The notes under the pieces: generated by a model
Databases searched by the model: none
Seen by the model: only the letters and a program-made list of their open reading frames with translations
What the model was told of the DNA's origin: nothing
DNA from: Deltaproteobacteria bacterium
GTDB taxonomy: Bacteria > Bdellovibrionota > FAC87 > UBA2466
Direction: 5' to 3'
Assembly: GCA_016875135.1 (NCBI GenBank)
Contig: VGSE01000001.1
Span: forward strand, 1-61,437
Length of the DNA stretch: 61,437 nt
Part shown: positions 29,948-38,674 of the stretch, piece by piece
How the letters are laid out: the number at the start of each line of letters is the position of its first letter
Numbering within the stretch: position 1 is the stretch's first letter
Translations under genes and position numbers: made by a program

Positions 29948-31248
29948 CGATTTCCTCCGGGAATCTCTTGATAAACAATTTTTCCAGCTACAATCGTGTA
30001 GCGAACTTTTCCTTGTACATCCCACCCATCAAAGGGGGTATTTTTGCTTTTCGAGCGAAAGTCATTTTTATTGATTCGATATTTCATGTCGGGGTCAAAA
30101 ATGGTGATATCGGCATCGGCTCCAATTTTGAGAGTTCCTTTTGGAATCCCGATGATCTCGGCCGGCTTATGAGTCATCGCCGAAACAATCCGTTTTAGGG
30201 AAACCCCTTTTTGCAAAGCCACTCGATAATAAAGAGGAAAAGCGGTCTCAAGCCCCACCATTCCAAATTCTGCGTGATCGTATTCCACTTCTTTGTCCTC
30301 GACCGAGTGCGGGGCATGATCCGATGCCAAGGCATCAATCGTCCCATCGGCTAATGCTTCAGTTACGGCTTCAACATCTTGGGGTTCTCTTAACGGCGGA
30401 GCCACCTTTGTATTCGTATCATAGGTCCCAACCACCTCATCCGTCAAAGTGAGGTGATGCGGTGTCACTTCTGCGGTGATCTGAATCCCACGACGCTTCG
30501 CTTCTCGAATTAAAGCAACGCTTCCAGCGGTGCTGACATGAGCCACGTGAAGTCGCGCTCCCGTCAATTCGGTGAGTAAAATATCTCGCGCCACAATGAT
30601 CTCTTCCGAAGCTTTGGGAATCCCTCTCAAACCGAATCGAGCCGAATTGAATCCTTCATTCATCACACCTCGACCTTTTAAATTGGTATCCTCGGCGTGA
30701 CAAACTACCGCCAAATTAAAACGCTTGGAGTAGTCTAAAGCTTTCCTCATCAGGTAAGAGTTCATAACGGTTTTACCATCATCCGAAATGGCCACAATAC
30801 CCGCTTCCCACATGGATCCTATTTCTGCGAGTTCCTGCCCATCTAAGCCTTTAGTAATAGCTCCTATCGGATAAACATTAATGGAACTTTCTGACGCCAC
30901 TTTCTGTTGAATGTAAGTGGTAATAAAACTGGAATCATTGACCGGCTTGGTGTTGGCCATGCAGGCTATCGATGTGAAACCTCCAGCCGCGGCAGCTTCA
31001 GTTCCCGTTCGAATATTCTCTTTGTGAGTTTGCCCGGGCTCCCTCAAATGCGTATGAATATCAATCCAACCCGGAGTCGCAAGCCACCCTTGAGCGTCTA
31101 TTTCGGGAATATTTTTTCCGAGAGGGACATTAATTTGAGTCCCCAAAGCTTCAATCTTTCCCTTTTGAATCAAAATATCACCGACAACATCTAGATTTTG
31201 ACTCGGATCAAAAATCCTCGCTTTTCGAATCACTAATTCCCCATTCAT
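29944..31248 (-). CDS. pyrC: Dihydroorotase
   Basis: It has the DIHTHLREPG metal motif and the amidohydrolase fold length. The ATG at 31248 forms an ATGA overlap with the pyrB stop. Confidence 0.9.
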   Translation of the reverse strand: MNGELVIRKARIFDPSQNLDVVGDILIQKGKIEALGTQINVPLGKNIPEIDAQGWLATPGWIDIHTHLREPGQTHKENIRTGTEAAAAGGFTSIACMANTKPVNDSSFITTYIQQKVASESSINVYPIGAITKGLDGQELAEIGSMWEAGIVAISDDGKTVMNSYLMRKALDYSKRFNLAVVCHAEDTNLKGRGVMNEGFNSARFGLRGIPKASEEIIVARDILLTELTGARLHVAHVSTAGSVALIREAKRRGIQITAEVTPHHLTLTDEVVGTYDTNTKVAPPLREPQDVEAVTEALADGTIDALASDHAPHSVEDKEVEYDHAEFGMVGLETAFPLYYRVALQKGVSLKRIVSAMTHKPAEIIGIPKGTLKIGADADITIFDPDMKYRINKNDFRSKSKNTPFDGWDVQGKVRYTIVAGKIVYQEIPGGNR

Positions 31249-32222
31249 AACCAACCCTTCAGCAATTCATTCCCAGTCAAAAGATGTAGAACTGCCATGC
31301 GGACGATCACCCCGTTACCGACTTGATTCAGAATCACAGATCGCGATCCGTCGGCTACTTCTGGAGAAATCTCCACTCCACGATTGACCGGGCCCGGATG
31401 CATAATCAAAACATCGGCCTTCGCCGTTTTTAAAACGGATTCTGAAATCCCATAAAATTTTGAGTATTCTCCTCGAGACGGACTTTGTCCTGGATTCAAT
31501 CTCTCGAATTGGATCCTGAGTGTCATGATCACATCTTTATCTTTAACCGCTTTTTCTAACTCATAGTGAACTTCAACTCCCATCTGTTCCACTTTAGGCG
31601 GCAACAAAGTCGGCGGACCGCACACAGAGACTTCGGCCCCCATCTTCTTGAGGGCGTAAATATTGGACCTGGCCACCCGACTGTGGGCAATATCCCCTAC
31701 AATCAAAACTTTTAAACCTTCAATCTTTCCTTTGAACTCTTGAATGGTCATGAGATCTAAAAGTGCTTGAGTCGGATGTTCATGAAAACCATCGCCAGCA
31801 TTGACTATCGGAATGTCTAAAATCTGGTCCAAATGAAAAGGAGAGCCTGCCGAGGGATGCCTTAAAACTAAAAGGTCCGGCTGCATGGCCTGAACCGTTT
31901 TAGCCGTATCCACTAATGTTTCCCCTTTTTCCGCTGAGCTTCCCTCTTTGGTCAGAACAAGAGTATTGCCCCCTAACCTTTTTGCGGCTAACTCAAAAGA
32001 GCTTCGAGTGCGGGTGCTTGGCTCAAAAAAGAGCAAAATAACCGTCTTACCCGCTAGAGTCTGCGGAACGGCCTGATTCTGCTTCAAACATTTTTTAAAC
32101 AGGAAAGATAGCTTAAGTACCTGTTCTATTTGCGCTTTTGAAAGAAATTCAGTCCCTAAAAGAGAAGGAATACTCAAGAGGTTTTGGGCGCCAACGGATA
32201 GTTTGTTTTTTTTCTCTCTCAC
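31245..32222 (-). CDS. pyrB: Aspartate carbamoyltransferase catalytic subunit
   Basis: Motifs FFEPSTRTRSSFE, HPTQALLD and HPGP. It has a GTG start, and the exact start is uncertain. Confidence 0.9.
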   Translation of the reverse strand: MREKKNKLSVGAQNLLSIPSLLGTEFLSKAQIEQVLKLSFLFKKCLKQNQAVPQTLAGKTVILLFFEPSTRTRSSFELAAKRLGGNTLVLTKEGSSAEKGETLVDTAKTVQAMQPDLLVLRHPSAGSPFHLDQILDIPIVNAGDGFHEHPTQALLDLMTIQEFKGKIEGLKVLIVGDIAHSRVARSNIYALKKMGAEVSVCGPPTLLPPKVEQMGVEVHYELEKAVKDKDVIMTLRIQFERLNPGQSPSRGEYSKFYGISESVLKTAKADVLIMHPGPVNRGVEISPEVADGSRSVILNQVGNGVIVRMAVLHLLTGNELLKGWL

Positions 32223-32384
32223 GTTGAGGGTGTAATGTATTCCAAAAGGGGCAACTTTGGCAAGGATTACTACACACCCAAATCTCGAAAATTTTTAACT
32301 TTTTTGTGAAAAGATTGCTTTGAATCTCTGGATGCGTTAATAAAGGCTAAAATTTTATTTCCTAAACATAGCAGAGGCTTAAAA

Positions 32385-33278
32385 ATGGCAAGTCAAATCG
32401 GTGGAACCGAAATGAAATTAAAAACCGGACTAGCAGAAATGCTTAAAGGGGGCGTCATCATGGATGTCGTCAACCGAGAGCAGGCAGTGATTGCCGAAAA
32501 GTCTGGGGCAGTAGCCGTAATGGCACTAGAAAGAGTTCCCTCCGATATCCGCAAAGAAGGTGGAGTCGCCAGAATGTCACCACCTGAAATTGTGGAAGAG
32601 ATCATGAATGCCGTTTCGATCCCAGTTATGGCTAAATGCCGAATCGGCCATTTTGCAGAAGCAATGGTTTTAGAGGCTCTTGGCGTTGATTACATCGACG
32701 AAAGCGAAGTCTTAACTCCTGCAGATGAACAGTACCATATCGACAAAATGGATTTCAAAACCCCTTTCGTCTGTGGAGCGAGAAATTTAGGAGAAGCCCT
32801 AAGAAGAATCGGCGAAGGGGCAGCCATGATCAGAACTAAGGGTGAAGCTGGCTCGGGAAATATCGTTGAAGCTGTTCGCCACTTAAGAACTTTGCGAAGT
32901 CAAATTCGTCGATTAACCACTTTGGGCTCTGAAGAACTGATGAATGAAGCTAAAGAATTAGGGGCCCCCTTAGCTCTTATTCAGTGGGTGGCTCGCGAAG
33001 GGAAACTCCCTGTTCCCAATTTTGCTGCTGGAGGAATTGCAACCCCTGCCGATGCGGTTTTGGCGATGTATTTAGGAGCTGAATCTGTTTTTGTTGGCAG
33101 TGGAATTTTCAAATCCTCTAACCCTGAGAAATTGGCTTCTGCGATTGTTCAGGCCACGACCAATTATCAAAACCCCAAAATAGTAGCCGAGTGTTCCAAA
33201 GGTCTCGGTAGCCCGATGAGGGGATTGGACATTCACCAATTGAAAGCTGAAGAAAGGCTTTCCGAGCGAGGTTGGTAA
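32385..33278 (+). CDS. pdxS: Pyridoxal 5'-phosphate synthase lyase subunit PdxS
   Basis: [13 protein letters not shown], the [10 protein letters not shown] region, and a highly conserved (beta/alpha)8 sequence throughout. Confidence 0.93.
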   Translation: MASQIGGTEMKLKTGLAEMLKGGVIMDVVNREQAVIAEKSGAVAVMALERVPSDIRKEGGVARMSPPEIVEEIMNAVSIPVMAKCRIGHFAEAMVLEALGVDYIDESEVLTPADEQYHIDKMDFKTPFVCGARNLGEALRRIGEGAAMIRTKGEAGSGNIVEAVRHLRTLRSQIRRLTTLGSEELMNEAKELGAPLALIQWVAREGKLPVPNFAAGGIATPADAVLAMYLGAESVFVGSGIFKSSNPEKLASAIVQATTNYQNPKIVAECSKGLGSPMRGLDIHQLKAEERLSERGW

Positions 33279-33283
33279 TCTCT

Positions 33284-33874
33284 ATGAAGGTTGGAATCCT
33301 TGCTCTTCAAGGGTCGGTTCAACCTCATGAAGAAAAGCTCAAAACGCTGGGAGTTTCCTCTCTTCAAGTACGCTATCCGGAACAGTTAACTGAGATTTCA
33401 GGGATCATTCTTCCCGGTGGTGAGAGCACCAGTATGATTCAGTTGCTCAAACTAAACCAAGTTTGGAACCCTCTAAAAGAATTTGTTAAAACAAATCCGA
33501 CTTGGGGGATTTGTGCTGGCTCTATTCTCCTGGCTTCGCGAGTCACTAACCCTATGCAGGAATGTCTTGAAGCTTTAGAAATTGAAATCGAGAGAAACTC
33601 GTACGGAAGACAAAATGAAAGCTTCATCGACAAACTAACCCCGAATGAAGTTTGGAAAAGCTTTTGTTCAAAGACTGATCCTATCGAAGGGGTCTTTATT
33701 CGAGCTCCAAAATTCAAAAAAATCCAAAGCGACATTCAGGTGCTTTTTGAACACCGAGGAGAAGCGGTGATGATTCAAAAAAACCAGTGCTTGGCCTCTA
33801 CTTTCCACCCCGAACTCACCGACTCTACTCTCATTCATCAATATTTTTTAAATCTCTGCGGCCAACACCATTAA
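33284..33874 (+). CDS. pdxT: Pyridoxal 5'-phosphate synthase glutaminase subunit PdxT
   Basis: The start is MKVGILALQGS, the catalytic Cys is in WGICAG, and the His/Glu region is FHPEL. The ATG at 33284 is preferred over the TTG at 33272. Confidence 0.9.
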   Translation: MKVGILALQGSVQPHEEKLKTLGVSSLQVRYPEQLTEISGIILPGGESTSMIQLLKLNQVWNPLKEFVKTNPTWGICAGSILLASRVTNPMQECLEALEIEIERNSYGRQNESFIDKLTPNEVWKSFCSKTDPIEGVFIRAPKFKKIQSDIQVLFEHRGEAVMIQKNQCLASTFHPELTDSTLIHQYFLNLCGQHH

Positions 33875-34253
33875 CAAAAATTGTCACTTTGCCTGCTAAG
33901 CTAACAGCTTCGTCAATAACTCCACTAGTTGTTGGTAGGTTCTTCTATGTAAATTAATATGGCACAAGGGTTGCTCTAACTCCGGACGGACTTAGTTTTC
34001 TGAAGGCTAAAATCCATAGGGAGCAGAAAAATGAAAGCGATTGTTAGAGCCTTTTTGTTTGGTTTACTTTGCAAGTTTTATTTCCTGAACCCATCGAAGC
34101 AGGAAGTCACGGCCCAGTGATCTCCCATTATGCTCCTTATCGGTTAGCTCTTTTAGGTTTTTTAAATACCCAATAACCGCAAGTTGACTTGAGTGTGCTC
34201 GATCCCGCACTATTTATCCGTTAGATAACATGATTTCTTTTTGAGGGCTTAAG

Positions 34254-34919
34254 ATGGATCAGCGCTTTCCTAAATGGCTACGTACCTTTGTTTACAAACT
34301 CGAGTTTTTAGGAATTCCTAACTTAGCCCCTTTAATCTGCGCTATGGCAATTCTAGCCTTTGCCGCTAAAGCGATGGGGGGAGCTTCGATAGAACGGTTC
34401 TTGTTCGACCCCGATTTGGTCCTCCAAGGCCAATGGTGGCGACTTTTTGGTTTTCCAATTTCGGATGGTTTGAACAATCCCATCTATTTAATCTTCTATG
34501 TGCTCTATCTCTATTTTGTGGTCAATACACTAGAGTCTCAATGGGGGCCTGGGCCTTTAACTGTTTTTCTCTTGTTGGGTTACCTATCAGCACTTGCCGC
34601 AAGCTTTCTGACCATGCAACCCATTTCTATTTGGTTCCACATCTTAGAAAATGTCAGTTTAGCTTTTGGAACCCTGTTTCCCGACCTTGAGCTCTATATT
34701 TACTTTATCCTACCGGTAAAAGCTAAGTGGCTAGCTTTATTGGCGGGTGCGCTCATTCTTTTTAAATTTATTTTTGCAACCCTTTTGGGAAAACTTTTTA
34801 TCTCCATGACCCTTTTTCCCTATTTGCTGTTTTTTTCACCTTTACTGTTCAACTCATTAAAAACCCATTATCGAGTGCGAAAAAACCGAAAAAAATTTGA
34901 TTCAGACAGTTGGAGATAA
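34254..34919 (+). CDS. Polytopic membrane protein, rhomboid-like but lacking recognisable catalytic Ser/His motifs
   Basis: 221 aa with about 6 TM segments. The GQWWRLFGFPI motif resembles the rhomboid TM2 WR motif. I see no GxSG and no TM6 His. Confidence 0.45.
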   Translation: MDQRFPKWLRTFVYKLEFLGIPNLAPLICAMAILAFAAKAMGGASIERFLFDPDLVLQGQWWRLFGFPISDGLNNPIYLIFYVLYLYFVVNTLESQWGPGPLTVFLLLGYLSALAASFLTMQPISIWFHILENVSLAFGTLFPDLELYIYFILPVKAKWLALLAGALILFKFIFATLLGKLFISMTLFPYLLFFSPLLFNSLKTHYRVRKNRKKFDSDSWR

Positions 34920-34922
34920 CAT

Positions 34923-35183
34923 CTAAGCATATTTTTTCTTAAGGGTTTCTACCAAATTGACATACTCTTTTTGACATCCGTCCTTAGACTTGCCTTTCAT
35001 CTTAGCCCAAGCATCAAATTTGGCGCACCCTTTTAAATCGAATATCCCGGGACGACTTCCGGTGACGTCTCCCTCCGTGGCCTGTTTAAATAAAGCATAG
35101 AGGTGAAGTAGTTCATCATTAGATGGTCTTTTTGTGATCTGTTGTATCTCTTTGGCCGCATTTTCAAATTGCTCTTGTGTCAT
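34923..35183 (-). CDS. Acyl-CoA-binding protein (ACBP)
   Basis: 86 aa. LYALFKQATEGDV ... KFDAWAKMKGKSKDGCQKEYV matches the ACBP four-helix signature. The SD is AGGAGG. Confidence 0.9.
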   Translation of the reverse strand: MTQEQFENAAKEIQQITKRPSNDELLHLYALFKQATEGDVTGSRPGIFDLKGCAKFDAWAKMKGKSKDGCQKEYVNLVETLKKKYA

Positions 35184-35227
35184 AAAAAAACCTCCTAAAA
35201 AATTTTAAAAAATTACAATTTATCAAC

Positions 35228-35256
35228 TTGACGACACCTATGAGTATTCCATAATA
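35228..35256 (+). promoter_or_regulatory. Sigma-70-type promoter candidate for the S8 peptidase gene, overlapped by a 7-bp inverted repeat
   Basis: -35 TTGACG (35228-35233), 17-nt spacer, -10 ATAATA (35251-35256). The inverted repeat TATGAGT (35239-35245) / ACTCATA (35258-35264) brackets the -10. Confidence 0.55.
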
Positions 35257-35290
35257 CACTCATAATAAATTTCTCGGCAACGGAGACTAA

Positions 35291-36343
35291 ATGAAAACAT
35301 TCATCCTTTTTTCCCATCTAGTTGTCTTTTTGTCTTTAGCACAGGCCTCAAATCCCCCTTTAAAACATCCCTTTAAACCGACGTCGACCGGATCTGATCC
35401 CCTCTTGAAAAAAGCTTGGCACTTAAAAAGGATTAATGCCTACGAAGCGTGGAAAAAGGTTAAAGGAAACCCAAATACGACTATCGCGATCATCGATAGT
35501 GGAATTAATTATAACCACCCCGAAGTTGCCCCCAATCTAAGACGCAAAACAACGGAATGGCCTTCTAATGGAGTAGATAAAGATGAAAACGGTTTTATCG
35601 ATGACATAATTGGCTGGGATTTTGTTAAAGGCTCGTTTCTACCCTTTGATCGGACAGGACATGGAACTTTCATTGCGGCTATCGCAGCGGGCGTGTTGAA
35701 TAATGGATTGGGGGCAGCCGGGGTTTGTCCTAAATGCTCCATTATGCCGTTACGTTTTTTAAACTATGATGGGCTCGGAGATACCGAAGATGCTATCAGT
35801 GCCATATACTATGCCGCCAAAGAACGGGTGTCGGTCATTAACCTCTCTTTTGCTGGAGAAGGTTATGATAAAGAACTTTTTGACGCTATAAATACAGCTC
35901 GAAAAAACGACGTCGTCGTGGTTGTTTCTTCGGGAAATGATGGAGAAAACATCGAAAAAAACTCTGTTTATCCGGCTAAATTCAAACTGCCGAATCAGCT
36001 TACAGTTGCAGCTTCTACCGAAGAAGATGAACTTTTAGAAAGCTCCAACTGGGGCCATACTTCAGTTCATATTGCAGCTCCCGGGGATGAAATCATTGGT
36101 CCTTGGTTGGATCAATGGGAAACTAACAGCGGAACCTCTTTTTCTGCGGCTGTAGCGACCGGAGCTGTCGGACTTGTACGTTCCGCTAACCCTAAACTGA
36201 CTGCAGAACAGGTGGTACGGATTATAAGAGCCACTGCAGAACCTGTCGCAGATTTAAGTCAGAAGACGGCTTCCGGCGGAATCCTAGATGTTAAAGCCGC
36301 AATCGATTGTGCTCTTAGCAAAAGATTAAATTGCCTGAAGTAG
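35291..36343 (+). CDS. Secreted subtilisin-like serine peptidase (S8)
   Basis: It has a signal peptide and the catalytic triad motifs IIDSG, HGTF and SGTSFSAA. Confidence 0.9.
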   Translation: MKTFILFSHLVVFLSLAQASNPPLKHPFKPTSTGSDPLLKKAWHLKRINAYEAWKKVKGNPNTTIAIIDSGINYNHPEVAPNLRRKTTEWPSNGVDKDENGFIDDIIGWDFVKGSFLPFDRTGHGTFIAAIAAGVLNNGLGAAGVCPKCSIMPLRFLNYDGLGDTEDAISAIYYAAKERVSVINLSFAGEGYDKELFDAINTARKNDVVVVVSSGNDGENIEKNSVYPAKFKLPNQLTVAASTEEDELLESSNWGHTSVHIAAPGDEIIGPWLDQWETNSGTSFSAAVATGAVGLVRSANPKLTAEQVVRIIRATAEPVADLSQKTASGGILDVKAAIDCALSKRLNCLK

Positions 36344-36355
36344 TCCGAACCCTTT

Positions 36356-36994
36356 TCAGGCCTTTTTGGTTTGTCGATATTTGGTAAAAACTTTAAATAC
36401 GATGAATACTAAAACAGCCGCTAAGATAATAGTGACCACCGTCTTAATCTCTTTGACCCCTTTAAGAATTTGATCAATTTGGTCTCCAAAAAGCTTTCCC
36501 ATTCCAAATCCAATGCCGATCCAAATGGGAACACTAATCAAAGCTGCCAAGAGATCTAAAAAAATAAAACGACGGTACTTCATGTGCATCGAACCGGCCA
36601 TAAAAAACACCACGGCTCTTAAACCAGCAAAAAATCTGGCAATAAAAACAATTTTATCACCGTACTTACGAAAGTAGGCGCGAGTCCGCTTAACCTTTTC
36701 ATCAGGATAAAATTTTTGAACCCAGGAGTTTTTGAGAAATTTCACCCCAAGTTTAGCTCCCAAATAGAATAAAATCGTATCCCCTACCGCTACCCCCCCC
36801 AAAGTCACCAAGAGAGCGGAAATCAAAGTAATCGTTCCGTCCCAAACCAAGTACCCAGCTGCAATAAGAGGAATATCTTCGGGCAAAGGAAACCCTAAAC
36901 CGCAAGCCACTAAAACACCGAAAATAATGAGGTGCGCCACGCCTCCGGAAAGATCGGTAATATAGATGAACAGTTTATCCATGGTTCCTATCAT
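36356..36994 (-). CDS. DedA-family membrane protein
   Basis: 212 aa with the GLGFPLPEDIPLIAAGYL re-entrant motif and the FxxR FIARF region. Confidence 0.85.
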   Translation of the reverse strand: MIGTMDKLFIYITDLSGGVAHLIIFGVLVACGLGFPLPEDIPLIAAGYLVWDGTITLISALLVTLGGVAVGDTILFYLGAKLGVKFLKNSWVQKFYPDEKVKRTRAYFRKYGDKIVFIARFFAGLRAVVFFMAGSMHMKYRRFIFLDLLAALISVPIWIGIGFGMGKLFGDQIDQILKGVKEIKTVVTIILAAVLVFIVFKVFTKYRQTKKA

Positions 36995-37035
36995 GAACTA
37001 TTTACGTCTCATAGCAAAGCCCGTTTATTTTTGGT

Positions 37036-38049
37036 ATGACTATAGACCCAATGGCGAAGAAGAGTGACAGTTCCAAAGGCAGTCGTGGAAAAAAAAGCAA
37101 GTCTAACTCCGCCTCCAAGGGGAGTCTAAAGTCTGCACTCATTAACAAGCCGATATCGCGAAGCACCAAATCAACATCTCTCACCACTCTTCCCGAAGAT
37201 CCTCTATTACAAGCCTACTTGCGCGAAATACAAAAATATCCTCTCCTTAGTAAAGAAGAGGAACACGAGCTCGCCACTCTTTTTAAAGAGACTCAAGACA
37301 GAGAAACTCTTCAAAAGCTGGTTACGGCCAACCTCCGCTTTGTAGTCAAAATTGCATTTGAATATATCCACTATCGGGTCAAACTTTTGGATCTCATTCA
37401 AGAGGGAAATATGGGGTTGGTCAAAGCGGTTCAGGAATTTGACCCGTATAAAGATGTTCGCTTAACCACCTATGCGATTTGGTGGATTCGAAGCTACATT
37501 CAAGAAGCCATCCTAAAAAACTATTCGCTAGTTAAAATAGGCACTACTCAAGCCCAAAAACGGCTGTTTTATCGTTTAAGAAAAGAGCAAAAAAAATTGG
37601 AACAAGAAGGGATTTCGCCCGGCCAGGGAGTTAAGCTTCTCGCACAAAGACTTGACGTCAAAGAAAAAGAGGTCGAAGAGATGAGTCAAAGACTCTCCCA
37701 AAATGATCTTTCCCTCAACTCTCCACTGAATGACAACAACGACAAAAACGACCGTATCAGCCACCTAGCAGCACCCGAAGCTCCTGTCGATGAGACTTTA
37801 GCTGACGCTGAACAAGAGACCCTCTTTAAACAGATTCTTAAAAAATTTGGAGAGACTCTAGAAGGAAGAGAAAAAGTTGTTTTTTATGACCGACTCGTAT
37901 CCGAAAATCCGATGACTCTTCAAGAGATTGGCGAAAAATATAAATTTACAAAAGAACGAGCTCGGCAAATCGAAGAACAGGTTAAAGAAAAGCTTAAGAA
38001 ATATATGCAAGAGCACTATCCCGATTTTGATATCTTGGCCAATCACTAG
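37036..38049 (+). CDS. rpoH: RpoH-type (sigma-32-like) RNA polymerase sigma factor with basic Ser/Lys-rich N-terminal extension
   Basis: Region 2 has DLIQEGNMGLVKAVQEFD and YAIWWIRSYIQEAI. The segment TTQAQKRLFYRLRK is RpoH-box-like, and region 4 has LQEIGEKYKFTKERARQIE. Confidence 0.82.
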   Translation: MTIDPMAKKSDSSKGSRGKKSKSNSASKGSLKSALINKPISRSTKSTSLTTLPEDPLLQAYLREIQKYPLLSKEEEHELATLFKETQDRETLQKLVTANLRFVVKIAFEYIHYRVKLLDLIQEGNMGLVKAVQEFDPYKDVRLTTYAIWWIRSYIQEAILKNYSLVKIGTTQAQKRLFYRLRKEQKKLEQEGISPGQGVKLLAQRLDVKEKEVEEMSQRLSQNDLSLNSPLNDNNDKNDRISHLAAPEAPVDETLADAEQETLFKQILKKFGETLEGREKVVFYDRLVSENPMTLQEIGEKYKFTKERARQIEEQVKEKLKKYMQEHYPDFDILANH

Positions 38050-38089
38050 GTGTCCGCTACCTTTTAAGCTTAAAGGGAGACTGACACCG
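38050..38089. repeat. 40-nt palindromic (REP-like) element, copy B
   Basis: It is the exact reverse complement of 10010-10049. It starts at the nucleotide after the rpoH stop and contains the last 6 codons and the stop of gmhA. Confidence 0.8.
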
Positions 38090-38672
38090 TTCGAGGAAAG
38101 AGTTCGAATTCGGCGGCTTCGATGACGGTGTGAAGGATCTTGATGTGCATCTCTTGAATACGGTCGGAAGTTTTAGCTGGAATGATAATGACATGTTCGG
38201 CTTTATCTTTGAGCCATCCCCCATCCCGACCTAAGAGAGCAATAGTTGAAATACCTCGTTCGTTAGCCGCTTCAAAGGCTAAGCCAATATTTTTAGAGTT
38301 TCCGCTCGTAGAAAGACCAATAAGGAGATCTCCCCTTCTTCCCAGAGCTGCCAACTGCCGAGCGAAGATATGTTCAAACCCATAGTCATTACCCACACAG
38401 GTCACATGACTAGGATCTCCTAAAGCAAGAGCTCCAAGTGGGCGGCGCTCTAGTCGATTTTTTCCAGTTAGCTCCTCAGCAAAGTGCATCGCATCGCAAT
38501 GAGACCCCCCGTTGCCGCAGATAAAAATGTTTCCGTTGTTTCTATAAGTCTCAACTATCTTTTTTGTAAAAGTTGTGCACTTTTCAATTTGAGACGGACT
38601 TGTCATAAAATCATTTAGAATTTTATGCGCCTCTTGAAAAGCCTCTTTCCAAATTTCAACGGTCTCTCTCAT
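38070..38672 (-). CDS. gmhA: Phosphoheptose isomerase (SIS domain)
   Basis: GNGGSHCDAMHFAEEL and GLSTSGNS motifs, 200 aa. Confidence 0.88.
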   Translation of the reverse strand: MRETVEIWKEAFQEAHKILNDFMTSPSQIEKCTTFTKKIVETYRNNGNIFICGNGGSHCDAMHFAEELTGKNRLERRPLGALALGDPSHVTCVGNDYGFEHIFARQLAALGRRGDLLIGLSTSGNSKNIGLAFEAANERGISTIALLGRDGGWLKDKAEHVIIIPAKTSDRIQEMHIKILHTVIEAAEFELFPRTVSVSL

Positions 38673-38674
38673 AG

